The notes: a model not told the origin generated them from the letters alone. A stretch of 64,000 nucleotides of DNA from an uncultured delta proteobacterium (GCA_963705555.1 CAVPJZ010000002.1:43886-107885), one strand, 5' to 3'. Shown: positions 1-11,812, counted from the first letter of the stretch. Numbers and translations are program-made.

Positions 1-254
1 CGATCTCATCGCAAATAGCAATAAATTTTCGCTGAAATTTTTCCGGCGGTAATGACGAAAGGCGCAAAGCTCCCAAGGCTGCACCCATTGCCGCGGCCAC
101 ACCAATAGCCGGAGCGCCGCGCACGGTCAAGTCTTTGATAGCGGAAATAATTTCTCTGATAACTCTTGCATGTTACATAGCATTCAGTTACAGGCAGGAC
201 TTTCTGGTCAATCAAAATAACTGAATTATTTTTCCAGGTAATTGTTTTAATCAT
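1..254 (-). CDS. mtnA: S-methyl-5-thioribose-1-phosphate isomerase (MtnA/eIF-2B family), N-terminal part running off the window; frame broken near 165-175
   Basis: [21 protein letters not shown], then in a shifted frame [20 protein letters not shown], which is the family signature. The ATG at 254 overlaps the gatB stop. Confidence 0.6.
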
Positions 255-1684
255 TATCCGGCAAGCATTTTTTGAGAAGTTCATTGACTAGCTGCGGATT
301 GGCTTTTCCCTTGGTTGCTTTCATTACCTGCCCGACAAAGAAACCAAAGAGTTTTTCCTTACCGCCGCGATAGTCCTTGAGTTGTTGGGGATTGGCTTCC
401 ATGATAGAAGTGATGGTTTTGATCAGCTCACCCTCATCCGTAATTTGCACCAGGCCCTTTTCTGCGATGATTTTTTTCGGCTGTTTGCCGGTTTTATACA
501 TTTCCTCAACTATGTCTTTAGCCATTTTCCCGCTAATTGTTCCTTCGTCAATCAGGCTGATCATTTCAGCCAGAGCCACAGGCGTTATGGGGCAGCTTTT
601 GATTTCGCGTTTTTCCTCATTTAAAAATCTTAGAACATCACCCATCACCCAGTTGCTGGCCGCTTTAGGCTTAGCGCAAAGCCTGACGACTTCTTCATAA
701 TAATCGGCCAACGCTTTATCGGCTGTCAACACGCCCGCGTCGTAGGCGGGAATCTGATAATCTTTGACGAATCTCTCCCTTTTGGCCAGCGGCAATTCCG
801 GAATTTGCTTTCTGATTTTTTCCACCCAGGCCTTATCAACTAAAATCGGAACTAAATCAGGATCGGGAAAATAACGGTAATCATGCGCTTCTTCTTTGCT
901 GCGCATCGAAGTGGTTGATCCCTGCGCGTCATCCCAAAGCCTTGTCTCCTGAACCACAGTGCCACCGTTTTCCACAATGTATTGCTGACGCTTGATCTCA
1001 TACTCCAGAGCGCGCTGCACATTGCGGAAAGAATTCATATTTTTCAATTCCGCCCTCGTGCCGAATTCCTTTTGCCCCTTCGGGCGAATGGAAACGTTAG
1101 CATCACAGCGGAAAGAACCTTCTTCCATGTTGCCGTCACAAATTTCGAGATAAACAAGAATTTCATGCAGGCGCTTGAGATAGTCGGCCGCTTCTTCGGA
1201 CGAGCGCATATCCGGCTCACTGACAATTTCAATCAAAGGAACTCCGGTGCGGTTAAGATCAACGTAACTGACAGGATTATGCTCATCGTGTATCAGTTTG
1301 CCGGCGTCTTCTTCCATGTGAATCCTGGTGATTCCAATTTTCTTTTGCTTTCCATCCACATCCAAAATCACGTAACCATGTTCCGCCAGCGGATATGCAT
1401 ATTGCGATATTTGATAGCCCTTGGGGAGGTCGGGATAAAAATAATTTTTACGGGCAAAACTGCAGGATTTATTAATTTCACAATTGGTCGCCAAAGCCAT
1501 TTTCATGGCGAATTCGACAACTTTTTTGTTTAAGCACCGGCAAGACCCCCGGCATTCCCAGACAAATCTGGCAGGTATGACTATTCGGCGCTGCGCCGAA
1601 TTTGGCGGAACAGCCGCAAAATATTTTTGTATCCGTTAAAAGTTGGGCGTGTACTTCCAGCCCGATGACTGTTTCAAAATCCAT
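247..1684 (-). CDS. gatB: Asp/Glu-tRNA amidotransferase subunit B; one frame break near 1480-1506
   Basis: The N-terminus [15 protein letters not shown]...[12 protein letters not shown] (ORF 1478..1684) joins the 419-aa ORF 247..1506, which carries GatB motifs. The start overlaps the gatA stop (TAATG). Confidence 0.9.
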
Positions 1685-3140
1685 TATAACTTTGGCCTCC
1701 TTTTTTCAATTTTGGCGTTTTTCTCGTATGCGGAGGCTATTTGAATTAATTTTCCTTCTTCAAAATGACCGGCCAAAAATTGTACTCCAATAGGCAAGCC
1801 GCCGGACGTAAAGCCGCAGGGAACGGAAATTCCGGGGATTCCCGCCAGATTACTGGAAATGGTAAAAATATCGGAAAGGTACATTTGTAAAGGATTATCG
1901 GTTTTTTCACCGATTTTAAATGCTGGTGTCGGCGTTGTGGGTGTGAGAATAACGTCACATTTCTTCAAAGCCTCTTCAAAGTCTCGCTTGATTAATGATC
2001 GTACCTGAGAAGCTTTTTTATAGTAGGCATCATAATATCCGGCAGATAAAGCATAGGTACCGATCATAATTCTTCTTTTAACTTCAGCGCCAAATCCCTG
2101 CATTCGCGTCTTTTTATACATATCCAATAAATCGCCGCTGTCAGGTGATCTAAAGCCGTATTTTACGCCGTCATAGCGAGCCAGATTGGAACTGGCTTCC
2201 GCCGGAGCGATAATATAATAGACTGCCAAACAGTATTGAGTGTGCGGCAATGAAATTTCCACAATTTTTGCGCCGCTTTTCTCCAAAACGGTGATAGCTT
2301 TTTGTATGGCGGAGTTTACTTCCGAATCAATGCCTTCACAAAATATTCTTTGGGAATTCCTATTTTCCAGCCTTTAATCTCTTGTCCCACAAATTGCCGA
2401 TAATCGGGAGTTTCTGCTCGAACCGATGTTGATTCTCTCGGATCGTAACCTGCCAGAATATTCAGCATTATGGCGCAATCTTCCACATCTTTAGTGAAAG
2501 GGCCGATTTGATCCAGCGAGGAAGCAAAAGCAATCAAGCCAAAGCGCGACACGCGGCCATAAGTCGGTTTCAGTCCGACAATGCCGCAAAGCGCTGCCGG
2601 CTGGCGGATAGAGCCGCCGGTATCGGAACCAATGGAAGCAATACATTCATCAGCGGCAACCGCTGTTGCCGATCCGCCGCTGGAACCGCCGGGGATTCTT
2701 TCCAAATCCCACGGATTGCGAGTAGGGCCAAAATATGAGGTTTCTGTGGAAGAGCCCATGGCAAATTCATCCATATTGGTCTTGCCTACAAACACCGCGC
2801 CGGCATCCCGGAGCTTTTCCACAACTGTGGCGTTATAAGGCGGAACGAAATTATGCAAAATATGCGAGCCGCAAGTTGTGGTTATTCCTTTTGTGCAGAC
2901 AATGTCTTTTAGGGCTATAGGAATACCGGTCAATGGTTTTATATTGCCTTTTTTTATCTCTATATCGGCTTTTCGGGCGCAAGCGAGAGCTTCTTCTTTC
3001 ATGAGCCGGATGTAAGAATGCACCCGCTCTTCCACAGCGTCGATTCTTTGAAATACGGACTGGGCAATTTGCGATGCCGATGTTTTGCCTTCTTTTATTT
3101 TTTCTTGTAATTCATGAATGGTTTGCTGATGTAATTCCAT
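1684..3140 (-). CDS. gatA: Asp/Glu-tRNA amidotransferase subunit A (amidase); one frame break near 2286-2316
   Basis: ORFs 2316..3140 and 1684..2286 are colinear with GatA. The amidase signature [13 protein letters not shown] is present. Confidence 0.9.
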
Positions 3141-3148
3141 AAATACCT

Positions 3149-3436
3149 TTATTCGATAACTTTCGGCACGCGAAAGAACTCCCCGCGAGCGTCCGGCGCG
3201 TTGGCCAGTGACTTTCCCGTACCGATCGAATCCACTATATTATCTTCGCGAAAAGCGTTAGTCACGGCAATAGCATGGCTCATCGGTTCTACGCCTTTAG
3301 TATCGAGCTCATTTAACTTATCAATATAGAGCAGAATATCATTGAGCTGAGCGGTAAACTTATCTTTTTCCTTATCCGTTATTTCCAAACGAGCTAAATG
3401 CGCCACATATTCAACATCCTGAGAACTTAGTTTCAA
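3149..3436 (-). CDS. gatC: Asp/Glu-tRNA amidotransferase subunit C
   Basis: 95-aa ORF with a GatC-like sequence ([16 protein letters not shown]...) directly upstream of gatA. TTG start 7-8 nt after GGAGG. Confidence 0.85.
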   Translation of the reverse strand: MKLSSQDVEYVAHLARLEITDKEKDKFTAQLNDILLYIDKLNELDTKGVEPMSHAIAVTNAFREDNIVDSIGTGKSLANAPDARGEFFRVPKVIE

Positions 3437-3448
3437 TTATAATCCTCC

Positions 3449-4504
3449 CTAAAACACCTTCCAGTATGGATTAATTCTCGATATGACCTGTTTGATGATC
3501 TCGTTAGTATCTTCATCGGCTTTTCGCTCCAAAGAAGAAAATTTTTCCTTCGAGCAGTGCGTTTCATCCAGCATCTCTTCCAAAACAGCCTTCACCGACT
3601 TGGTTAGACCCGCAATGTGATATCCGCCCTCCAACACGGCCACTAAGTGCCCGTGGCAACAGGAATCGGCTATCTCCAGCAAAATACGCGTTAGAGCGGC
3701 AAACCCTTCCGGCGTTACGCGCATGCTACCCAGGGGATCCTGAAAATAAGTGTCGAAACCTGCGGATAACAGAACTAATTCCGGTTTAAATTCCAAAGCC
3801 ACCGGCTGTAAAATTTTGCGGAATATTTTTACAAAGGAGGCGTCTCCTGCTCCTCCGCGCAAAGGAACATTGATTGTGTAACCCTCTCCCTTACCTTGGC
3901 CGATCTCGTCTAAACTTCCCGTTCCCGGGTAATATGGATACTGATGAGTGGAAAAATACAAAATACGTGGATCACTGTAAAAGCTGTGTTGGGTGCCATT
4001 GCCGTGGTGCAAATCCCAATCCACAATCAGTATTCTTTTCAAGCGATGTTTTAAAATGGCATGCATTGCCCCGATGGCAATATTATTAAATATACAAAAA
4101 CCGGCGGCTGTATCTTTTTCCGCGTGGTGCCCCGGAGGTCTTACAAAAGCAAAAGCATTGTTAACTTTACCTTCGATAACACTGTCAATAGCGTTACAAA
4201 CGCCTCCCACCGCTAGCTTTGCTGTTGAGTAAGTTTCGGGACTGGTTGTCGTATCCGGATCGAGGTAAACACTTTGCTGCCCCGCAGTACCGGCAATATA
4301 TTCAACATAGGAGGGGGCATGGATGGTTTCAATTTCTTTATGGGTGGCTTCGCGCGGTTCTATTTCCGTAAATTTCCAGGCCATCAAGGGATTATGCAGC
4401 ATTTCATAAATTGCAGCTAATCTTTCTGGATTTTCCGGATGGCCAAAGCCGGCCGAATGCCGCAAGTAACGCTGATCTTTGACAATACCTGTTTTCCTGG
4501 ACAT
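3449..4504 (-). CDS. Histone deacetylase-family (AcuC/AphA-like) deacetylase
   Basis: 351-aa intact ORF with HDAC motifs PPGHHA, DWDLHHGNGTQ and GGY. Confidence 0.8.
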   Translation of the reverse strand: MSRKTGIVKDQRYLRHSAGFGHPENPERLAAIYEMLHNPLMAWKFTEIEPREATHKEIETIHAPSYVEYIAGTAGQQSVYLDPDTTTSPETYSTAKLAVGGVCNAIDSVIEGKVNNAFAFVRPPGHHAEKDTAAGFCIFNNIAIGAMHAILKHRLKRILIVDWDLHHGNGTQHSFYSDPRILYFSTHQYPYYPGTGSLDEIGQGKGEGYTINVPLRGGAGDASFVKIFRKILQPVALEFKPELVLLSAGFDTYFQDPLGSMRVTPEGFAALTRILLEIADSCCHGHLVAVLEGGYHIAGLTKSVKAVLEEMLDETHCSKEKFSSLERKADEDTNEIIKQVISRINPYWKVF

Positions 4505-4817
4505 GCGTACCTTCTTTCGTCACCACTGCGTAAAAAATTATCGGTCATTTATCATAAATGGCTGAAAAGAGCAAGATATTTCCCCTGTTGCTGAAATCAA
4601 CATGCAGACTAAAAATTATGCCGTTGCTTTTAATTAAGCAGAAAACTAACTCTATTAACGAATGTTTTGCATCTTCGGGGATATTTGTTCTCCCCGGCCG
4701 CGTCTCTGCTGTTGCTTTCAGGATAAACTGCTCCAGAATATCTACCGCAAAAAACATTGACAAAGACAGTAATCAATATATAGGGTAATTTTTCAATTTT
4801 TTAGGAGTTGACAATCA

Positions 4818-5090
4818 ATGTTTGGTATAGGAATGCAGGAGCTTATTATAATTGCAATAATCGCTCTGCTTATTGTTGGGCCAAAAAAATTGCCGGATTT
4901 GGCTAAGACATTGGGTAAAAGCTTCAGCGAGCTACGCAAGGCAGCAGACGGAATTACCGATGAACTCAAACAAACATTGCAAAGCGATGAAAAACAAAAA
5001 GATGACGGATTGAAAGATTCACTTTTATTGAAGAAGACCGATGCCGAAGAAACTAAACCTGTACCTCCCAATAAAGAAGCCGACAAATGA
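4818..5090 (+). CDS. tatA: Twin-arginine translocase TatA/E/B-family protein
   Basis: MFGIGMQELIIIAIIALLIVGPKKLP is the TatA N-terminal TM/hinge motif. Located upstream of tatC. Confidence 0.8.
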   Translation: MFGIGMQELIIIAIIALLIVGPKKLPDLAKTLGKSFSELRKAADGITDELKQTLQSDEKQKDDGLKDSLLLKKTDAEETKPVPPNKEADK

Positions 5091-5143
5091 TTGATTCCAA
5101 AACAATCTTCCCTGATTAAAAATAAAAAAATCAACGCAAAATT

Positions 5144-5899
5144 ATGGAAACTAACGACGATCACAAGATGTCCCTGACTGAACATTTAATAGAGTTACGC
5201 AAAAGGATTTTTCGCATTTTAATTGTTCTGCTTATTGGTTTTGGCGTCTGTTATTATTATAAGGATTTGGTTTTCGATATAATTACCAAACCGCTCACCA
5301 AAGTTCTTCCTAAGAACGGTTATCTTATTTATACCGGATTGACGGAAGCTTTTTTTGTTTATATGAAATTAGCTTTTTTTGCTTCCCTGATAATTACCAG
5401 CCCTTTCATCCTTTATCAAATATGGAAATTTATCTCACCGGGATTACTGCCTAAGGAAAAAAAATACGTGGTTCCTTTTGTACTTTCCTCCACCTTGCTT
5501 TTTATGAGCGGTGTTTTATTTGGCTATTTTATCGCCCTGCCGCCAGCCTTTGAATTTTTTGTCAGCTTTAACAACCAATATCTGCAGGCCATGATTTCAT
5601 TTGGCGATTACCTTTCGCTCTTTGTAACCTTTTTGCTAGGCTTTGGTTTATCCTTCGAACTGCCTATATTTATTTTCTTTTTGGCTAAATTAGGCATAGT
5701 CAACGCTAAAATGCTTTCCAAACAGAGAAGATACGCTATTTTAATTATTTTTATCGTTGCCGCAATTTTAACGCCTTCACCCGATGCTTTAAGTCAAATA
5801 TTAATGGCAATACCCTTGATGTTTTTGTATGAAGTTAGTATATTCGTGGCAAGATTTGCCGAAAAGAAAAAAGTAAATCCTGAAAATAAAGAACAATAG
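5144..5899 (+). CDS. tatC: Twin-arginine translocase subunit TatC
   Basis: 251-aa intact polytopic ORF with a typical TatC sequence (LTEHLIELRKR..., ILTPSPD). Confidence 0.9.
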   Translation: METNDDHKMSLTEHLIELRKRIFRILIVLLIGFGVCYYYKDLVFDIITKPLTKVLPKNGYLIYTGLTEAFFVYMKLAFFASLIITSPFILYQIWKFISPGLLPKEKKYVVPFVLSSTLLFMSGVLFGYFIALPPAFEFFVSFNNQYLQAMISFGDYLSLFVTFLLGFGLSFELPIFIFFLAKLGIVNAKMLSKQRRYAILIIFIVAAILTPSPDALSQILMAIPLMFLYEVSIFVARFAEKKKVNPENKEQ

Positions 5900-5910
5900 T
5901 TGGTAAAATT

Positions 5911-7951
5911 ATGACCATACGACGTCGCATAAAATCAAGTCTCGAAACTGGAGGGGAAATTAAGAAGCTTTCCACGCTTTTTATATTTTTTCTGGTCTTA
6001 ATCATTATTATCCTATTCTTAACAGTTGGCGGAACTATTATCTACTACGCCCTGACTTTGGATTTGCCCAGCATTGATACGCTTAAAGATTACCGCCCCA
6101 GCATAGCTTCCAGAGTTTACGATGATAACAATGAGTTGATTGATGAGTTTTTCTTGGAAGATAGAAAAATAGTGAAGATAGAAGAAGTTCCGAAGGTCGT
6201 CCACTATGCTTTTGTTGCCTCGGAAGACTCCCGTTTCTACCAGCATCAGGGTCTGGATATTCAAAGTATTTTTCGCGCACTGTTCAAAAATTTTGAAGCA
6301 GGGCACATCGTCCAAGGCGCCAGTACCATTACTCAGCAAGTAGCGAAGATGATGTACCTTTCACCGGAAAAAAAGTACATCCGCAAACTTAAGGAAGCGA
6401 TTCTCGCTTATAAAATCGATAAATATCTTTCCAAAGATGAAATTTTAAATTTATATTTGAATCAGATTTATCTGGGACACGGAACTTACGGAATAGAATC
6501 GGCAGCGCTCGGTTACTTTGGCAAAACTGCCAAGGAATTGACCCTGCCCGAGGCTGCGCTTTTAGCCGGCCTGCCCAAAGCGCCCAATACATATTCTCCA
6601 TTTCTCTATTTTGATAAAGCAAAGCAAAGACAAGCTTATGTTCTCGCGCGCATGGTGGAAGACGGCTACATATCCAAGGAAGAAATGGACAAAGCCTCTG
6701 CCGCTCCCCTGCAATTACGGTCAATGAGACCAAAAGATAAAATCGCCGCTTACTTTGTGGAAAATGTCCGCCGCTACGTGCAGGAAAAATACGGCGCCGA
6801 TGTTCTATATAAGGAAGGTCTATCAATATATACGACTTTGAATTTGCCCGCGCAACAAAACGCGCGTGACGCTGTGGAAAAAGGCTTGACGGAATTGGAA
6901 GAAAGACAAAAATACGAGCGCGGGTTGGTACAAGGAGCGCTATTCTGTATGGATGTGAAAACCGGCGCTATTCGCGCGATGGTTGGGGGCCGCGACTTCA
7001 ATAAGAGCGAATTCAATCGTGCGACCCAATCCCGCAGACAGGCCGGCTCTGCTTTTAAGCCGTTGATCTATACGGCGGCATTTGACAAAGGATTGAATCC
7101 TTCAACACGATTTCGTTGATTCTCCTATTGTAATAGAAGATCCAACTGCAGAAGACGGCCTCTGGAAACCAAGAAACTTCGATGAAAAATTCTTAGGGCC
7201 TACTACCATGAGGACTGCTCTTGTTCAATCGCGAAATATTGTAACAATTAAAATTTTGCAGGAAATTGGTGTTGATTACGCGGCATCTTACGCCACGAAT
7301 ATGGGCATTTCTTCTCCTGTAGCGCGGACACTATCGCTGGCACTTGGTGTATCGGGTGTAACCCTGGAGGAACTTGTAAGAGCTTATGATGTTTTAGCGA
7401 ATCAGGGTAAGAAAGTAACTCCTTATTTTATTAAAAAAATTGTTGATCGCACCGGTAATGTTTTTGAAGAGACTAAAGTTCAAACAGAACAGGTTATCGA
7501 TCCACGCATTGCTTTCATGACATCTTACATTATGCGGGATGTTGTAGAAAGCGGTACTGGCAGGCGCGTTAAAAGCATTGGAAGACCGGTTGCCGGAAAA
7601 ACGGGAACGACGAATGATTTTCGTGACGCCTGGTTTATCGGTTTTACTCCTTCCCTTATTACCGGAGTTTGGGTAGGTTTCGATCAGGAAATATCTTTGG
7701 GCAAACAAGAAGTAGGTGGAAGAGCAGCGGCACCTATTTGGTTGTATTTTATGGGAAAAGCGCTGCAAAACGTTCCTGTGGAAACCTTTCACACGCCGGA
7801 AGGTATCGTTTTTATTAAAGTCGATCCTAAAACCGGAAGACCATCAAGCGAATCAGATAAAGGAACTATTTACGAATGTTTTCTGGATAGCGCGCAGCCC
7901 AGTGAAAAATCCGACGATTTCCCCGAAGAAAAGGAAGATATATTTCGATAA
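5911..7951 (+). CDS. mrcA: Penicillin-binding protein 1A (bifunctional transglycosylase/transpeptidase); two frame breaks at about 7100-7210
   Basis: GT51 motifs (EDSRFYQHQGLD, ASTITQQ) lie in ORF 5911..7119. Transpeptidase motifs (SAFKP, KTGTTND) follow in ORF 7208..7951. Confidence 0.85.
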
Positions 7952-7979
7952 AAATTTAGGAGTTTCACAATAAAGGGAC

Positions 7980-8008
7980 TTGACAAAAACTTTTTTTTCC
8001 GTTATTAG
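7980..8008 (+). promoter_or_regulatory. Candidate sigma-70 promoter for the ilv leader
   Basis: TTGACA at 7980-7985, a 17-nt spacer, then TATTAG at 8003-8008. Confidence 0.4.
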
Positions 8009-8032
8009 AAAATACAGAGAAGGAATCAAATT

Positions 8033-8140
8033 ATGTTTCTTAAAGATTTAAACAGCGGCAGTAGCCTGATAATCAATAGCGTAAGGGTACTCGTAGTAGT
8101 ATTCACGGGGTCTGCCGCTCTCTGTATCTTTAAGAAATAA
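8033..8140 (+). CDS. Putative ilv operon leader peptide (35 aa, branched-chain amino acid rich)
   Basis: ATG at 8033 lies about 9 nt after AGAAGGA. The peptide is MFLKDLNSGSSLIINSVRVLVVVFTGSAALCIFKK, with 13 of 35 residues Leu/Ile/Val. It is followed by two terminator hairpins upstream of ilvB. Confidence 0.55.
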   Translation: MFLKDLNSGSSLIINSVRVLVVVFTGSAALCIFKK

Positions 8141-8153
8141 CATAAAAAGATAC

Positions 8154-8187
8154 AAGCCGCGGGCCCCTAAATCCCGCGGCTTTTTTG
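8154..8187 (+). terminator. Intrinsic terminator/attenuator hairpin 1
   Basis: AAGCCGCGGG (8154-8163) pairs with CCCGCGGCTT (8173-8182) and runs into a T6 tract. Confidence 0.65.
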
Positions 8188-8197
8188 TTTTAGCAGT

Positions 8198-8234
8198 AAA
8201 GCCGCTTTTCTCAAAAGAAACCAGCGGCTTTTTT
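8198..8234 (+). terminator. Intrinsic terminator/attenuator hairpin 2
   Basis: AAAGCCGCT (8198-8206) pairs with AGCGGCTTT (8223-8231), followed by a T-run to 8234. Confidence 0.5.
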
Positions 8235-8316
8235 AATTAGTTCGGCTCGAGCAAACGAGTCGCAGGGTCACGGCGGGTAAAATTTTAATATATATACAAA
8301 ACCCAGGAGTAAATAA

Positions 8317-10021
8317 ATGAAATTAAAAGGTTCACAAATTCTACTGAAGATGTTGGAAGAGGAAAAAGTGGATATCATTTTCGGATACCCGGGTGGATCA
8401 GTTCTGGATATTTACGATCAACTTTATAAAAGTAACATTAAGCATATTCTGGTTCGTCATGAACAGGGGGCAGTACATGCCGCTGACGGCTATGCCCGTG
8501 CTACCGGAAGAGTGGGCGTCTGCCTGGTAACCTCCGGTCCGGGAGCCACAAACACTGTTACCGGTATCGCCACGGCCAATATGGATTCCATACCTATCGT
8601 CGTTTTTACGGGGCAAGTACCGACAGCATTGATCGGCAACGATGCTTTTCAGGAATCTGACATCACGGGCATAACACGCCCCTGCACCAAACACAATTTT
8701 CTGGTTAGGAGCGTGGAAGAGCTTGCTTCGACTATTAAGGAAGCTTTTCACATCGCGCGCTCAGGGCGGCCGGGCCCGGTTTTGGTTGACTTGCCCAAAA
8801 ACGTGATGGCAACGGAAACCGACTACGATCCCGCCAGTATTAAGATTAGAAACTATGATATATTTCACAAACCGGCCCCCAAGAAAATGGCTCAGGTTTT
8901 AGAAATGCTGACTCAGGCCAAAAAGCCTTTAATTATGACCGGCGGCGGCGTCATTCTGGGTAAAGCTGCGGCAGAGCTAACCGAACTGGCAAGACATTAT
9001 CAAATCCCCGTCACCGGCACCTTGATGGGATTGGGTTCTTTCCCGGGCACAGATCCGCTCTGGCTGGGCATGCTGGGAATGCACGGCACCTTCTACGCGA
9101 ATATGGCGGTTAGCCATTGCGATTTGCTTATTGCCGTGGGAGTGAGGTTCGACGACCGCGTCACAGGCACGATTGAAACTTTTGCCGACCAACGCCAAGA
9201 TTGTTCAAATCGATATTGATCCTTCCTCCATCAACAGAAATGTTGTCGTTGAGTTACCGATTATCGGCGAAACTAAAGCAACACTTCGGGATATGATTAA
9301 ATTTTTGGCTGAACATAACTATTCTCCATCACTATCCGACCGTAAGAAATGGCTGAGACAAATTGCCGAATGGAAGGAAAAAGTTCCGCTGACATACTGT
9401 CAAAATAGCAAAGTTATCAAACCGCAGTACGTCATCGAAACACTCCGCAAATTGACTAAAGGCAATGTTATTATCACCACAGAAGTCGGCCAGAATCAGA
9501 TGTGGACGGCGCAATTTTTCCAGTTTGATCGTCCCAATACTTTCATTACGTCCGGCGGACTGGGCACAATGGGCTATGGCCTACCCGCGGCGATTGGTGT
9601 TAAGTGCGCGTTTCCCGATAAACAAGTTGTGGATATAGCCGGCGACGGCAGTATCCAGATGAACATTCAGGAACTGGCTACTGCCGCTCAGTATAAAATT
9701 GCCGTAAAAGTCGTTCTTTTAAATAATGGCTATTTGGGCATGGTGCGCCAGTGGCAGGAATTATTTTATGAAAAACGTTATTCGCACACGGATATGACTT
9801 ATGCTCCGGACTTCGTGAAATTGGCTGAAGCTTACGGCATCGTCGGTTTGCGCGCGACAAAACCGGAAGAGGTGGAACCGATTTTACAAAAAGGGCTTTC
9901 TATCGATAAGCCGGTGTTGATGGATTTTCGGGTTTCCCGTGAAGAATGCGTTTATCCCATGGTGCGTCCGGGTGAATCCATCAGCGAAATGGAGCTGGGC
10001 ACCAGAGAAATGATCAATTAA
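8317..10021 (+). CDS. ilvB: Acetolactate synthase large subunit; one frame break near 9180-9220
   Basis: ORFs 8317..9219 and 9173..10021 are colinear with ThDP-dependent ALS ([24 protein letters not shown]). Confidence 0.9.
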
Positions 10022-10048
10022 TAAATACATAGAGAAAGGTTAATCAGC

Positions 10049-10534
10049 ATGGAAAAAAAAGAGCACATAATTTCGATACTTGTCCACAATAAACCGGACG
10101 TGTTAGCGAGAATCGCAGGAACACTGGGCGGCAAAGGCTACAACATTGAAAGTCTCTGCGTGAACACGACCACCCAATACGAAATATCGAAAATAGTAAT
10201 GACCACTATCGGCAATCAGGCAACCATTACCAGAATCGAAAGCCAATTGCAGAGGCTTGTCGATGTAATTCAAGTCGATGATTTGACCAATGTCGAATCA
10301 ATTCACCGCGAAATGATTCTCGTTCGGTTGAATTTGGCCGATGATAAAAAAGAGCAGATAAAAAAAGCAATTGACACCTACAAATGGAAGGTAATAGTCT
10401 CCAACGATGCTTTTGTAATTCTGGAAATTACTGGCGATAAACCGCAAATCGATCTTGCCCTTGCCCGATTGGAGCCTCTGGGTATCACCGATATTACAAG
10501 AACGGGTATCGTAGCTTTGAATTTAAAAAACTAA
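10049..10534 (+). CDS. ilvN: Acetolactate synthase small (regulatory) subunit
   Basis: 161-aa ORF with an ACT-domain sequence (HIISILVHNKPDVLARIAG) directly after ilvB. Confidence 0.85.
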   Translation: MEKKEHIISILVHNKPDVLARIAGTLGGKGYNIESLCVNTTTQYEISKIVMTTIGNQATITRIESQLQRLVDVIQVDDLTNVESIHREMILVRLNLADDKKEQIKKAIDTYKWKVIVSNDAFVILEITGDKPQIDLALARLEPLGITDITRTGIVALNLKN

Positions 10535-10568
10535 TTAGATTATTTACCTAAATAAACAGGGAGGTTTT

Positions 10569-11626
10569 ATGGCAAAAATTAATTTTGGCGGTGTTCAGGA
10601 AGATGTTATCACAGCGGAAGAATTTTCTCTAAAAAAAGCCCAGGAAGTTTTAAAAAATGAAGTGGTGGCTGTTCTCGGTTACGGCGTTCAAGGCCCGGCG
10701 CAGGCATTGAATATGAAAGATAACGGCATCAATGTAATTATTGGCCAGGCCAAGGAAGATAAGTCCTATTGGGATAAAGCCATGGCCGACGGCTGGGTTC
10801 CCGGTAAAACGCTTTTCCCCATTGAAGAAGCAGTGCAAACGCGGCACAATTATTCAATATCTGGTATCGGATGCCGCGCAGATGATGCTCTGGCCCAAAG
10901 TCAAAGCAAATCTGAAAAAAGGCGACGCCCTTTATTTTTCGCATGGTTTCTCCATCGTCTACAAAGAACAGACCGGCGTGATTCCGCCTGATTTTGTGGA
11001 TGTGATTATGGTCGCCCCCAAAGGCTCGGGAACCAGTGTCCGCAGAAATTTCCTGGACGGCAGCGGCATTAACAGCAGTTTCGCGGTTCATCAGGATGCC
11101 ACCGGCCGCGCGAAAGAAAGAACATTGGCGCTGGGTATCGCTATCGGTTCCGGTTTCTTGTTTCCCGACAACTTTCCAGATGGAAGTATACAGCGATCTG
11201 ACCGGAGAGCGCGGCGTGCTCATGGGTGCGCTGGCCGGAATGATGGAAGCGCAGTACAATGAACTGCGCAAGCATGGTCATACTCCCAGCGAAGCCTTTA
11301 ACGAAACAGTGGAAGAACTGACGCAGAGCCTTATTCGTCTGGTGGGCGAAAACGGTATGGATTGGATGTATGCCAATTGCAGCACTACTGCTCAACGCGG
11401 CGCACTGGACTGGCGGCACAAGTTCCGCAAGGCAGTGGAGCCGGTTTTTGCCGAACTTTACGACTCGGTCGCTAAAGGCAAGGAAACGGCAATTGTCCTC
11501 AAAGCCAACAGCGCTCCTGATTACAAAGTAAAGCTCGACGCGGAACTCAAAGAAATGCGTGAATCGGAAATGTGGCAGGCCGGCGCGGCTGTCCGTTCCT
11601 TGAGGCCGGAAAAAAGAAAAAAGTGA
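10569..11626 (+). CDS. ilvC: Ketol-acid reductoisomerase; at least two frame breaks (about 10850 and 11150)
   Basis: Three overlapping ORFs in different frames are colinear with IlvC (VAVLGYGVQGPAQALNMKDNG, SHGFSIVY, MVAPKGSG, LMGALAGMMEAQY). Confidence 0.9.
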
Positions 11627-11629
11627 CAT

Positions 11630-11746
11630 CTTTGTAAAAAATCCATCTGCTGTGTTGCGCGGCATCTCTCGTCATTGCGACGTATATAAAGAATACGACT
11701 CATTCCTCGATATTTGCGCGCCTTGCATCTGGAACTTTTTACAAAG
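11630..11746 (+). repeat. Diverged copy of the stop-codon-abutting intergenic element family
   Basis: It starts 4 nt after the ilvC TGA. An 11-bp closing helix forms between CTTTGTAAAAA (11630-40) and TTTTTACAAAG (11736-46). It has the central CGTAT-loop-ATACG hairpin and the GGCATC..TCGTC core seen in the other copies. Confidence 0.5.
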
Positions 11747-11812
11747 CTGTCTATTGGTGTTTTAATTTAATGTTATGCTATTTACTGAAAGAAAAATAAT
11801 GGAGAGAAAATT

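Noticed and set aside
377-1533. Long antisense or shadow ORFs inside well-supported genes. Examples: 377..700, 982..1533, 10738..11271, 11141..11665, 25026..25523, 26396..26953, 31241..31825, 44941..45282 and 46863..47300.
   Set aside because: They overlap genes with clear family signatures on the opposite strand or in another frame. Their products are low-complexity or odd in composition. They look like typical shadow ORFs.
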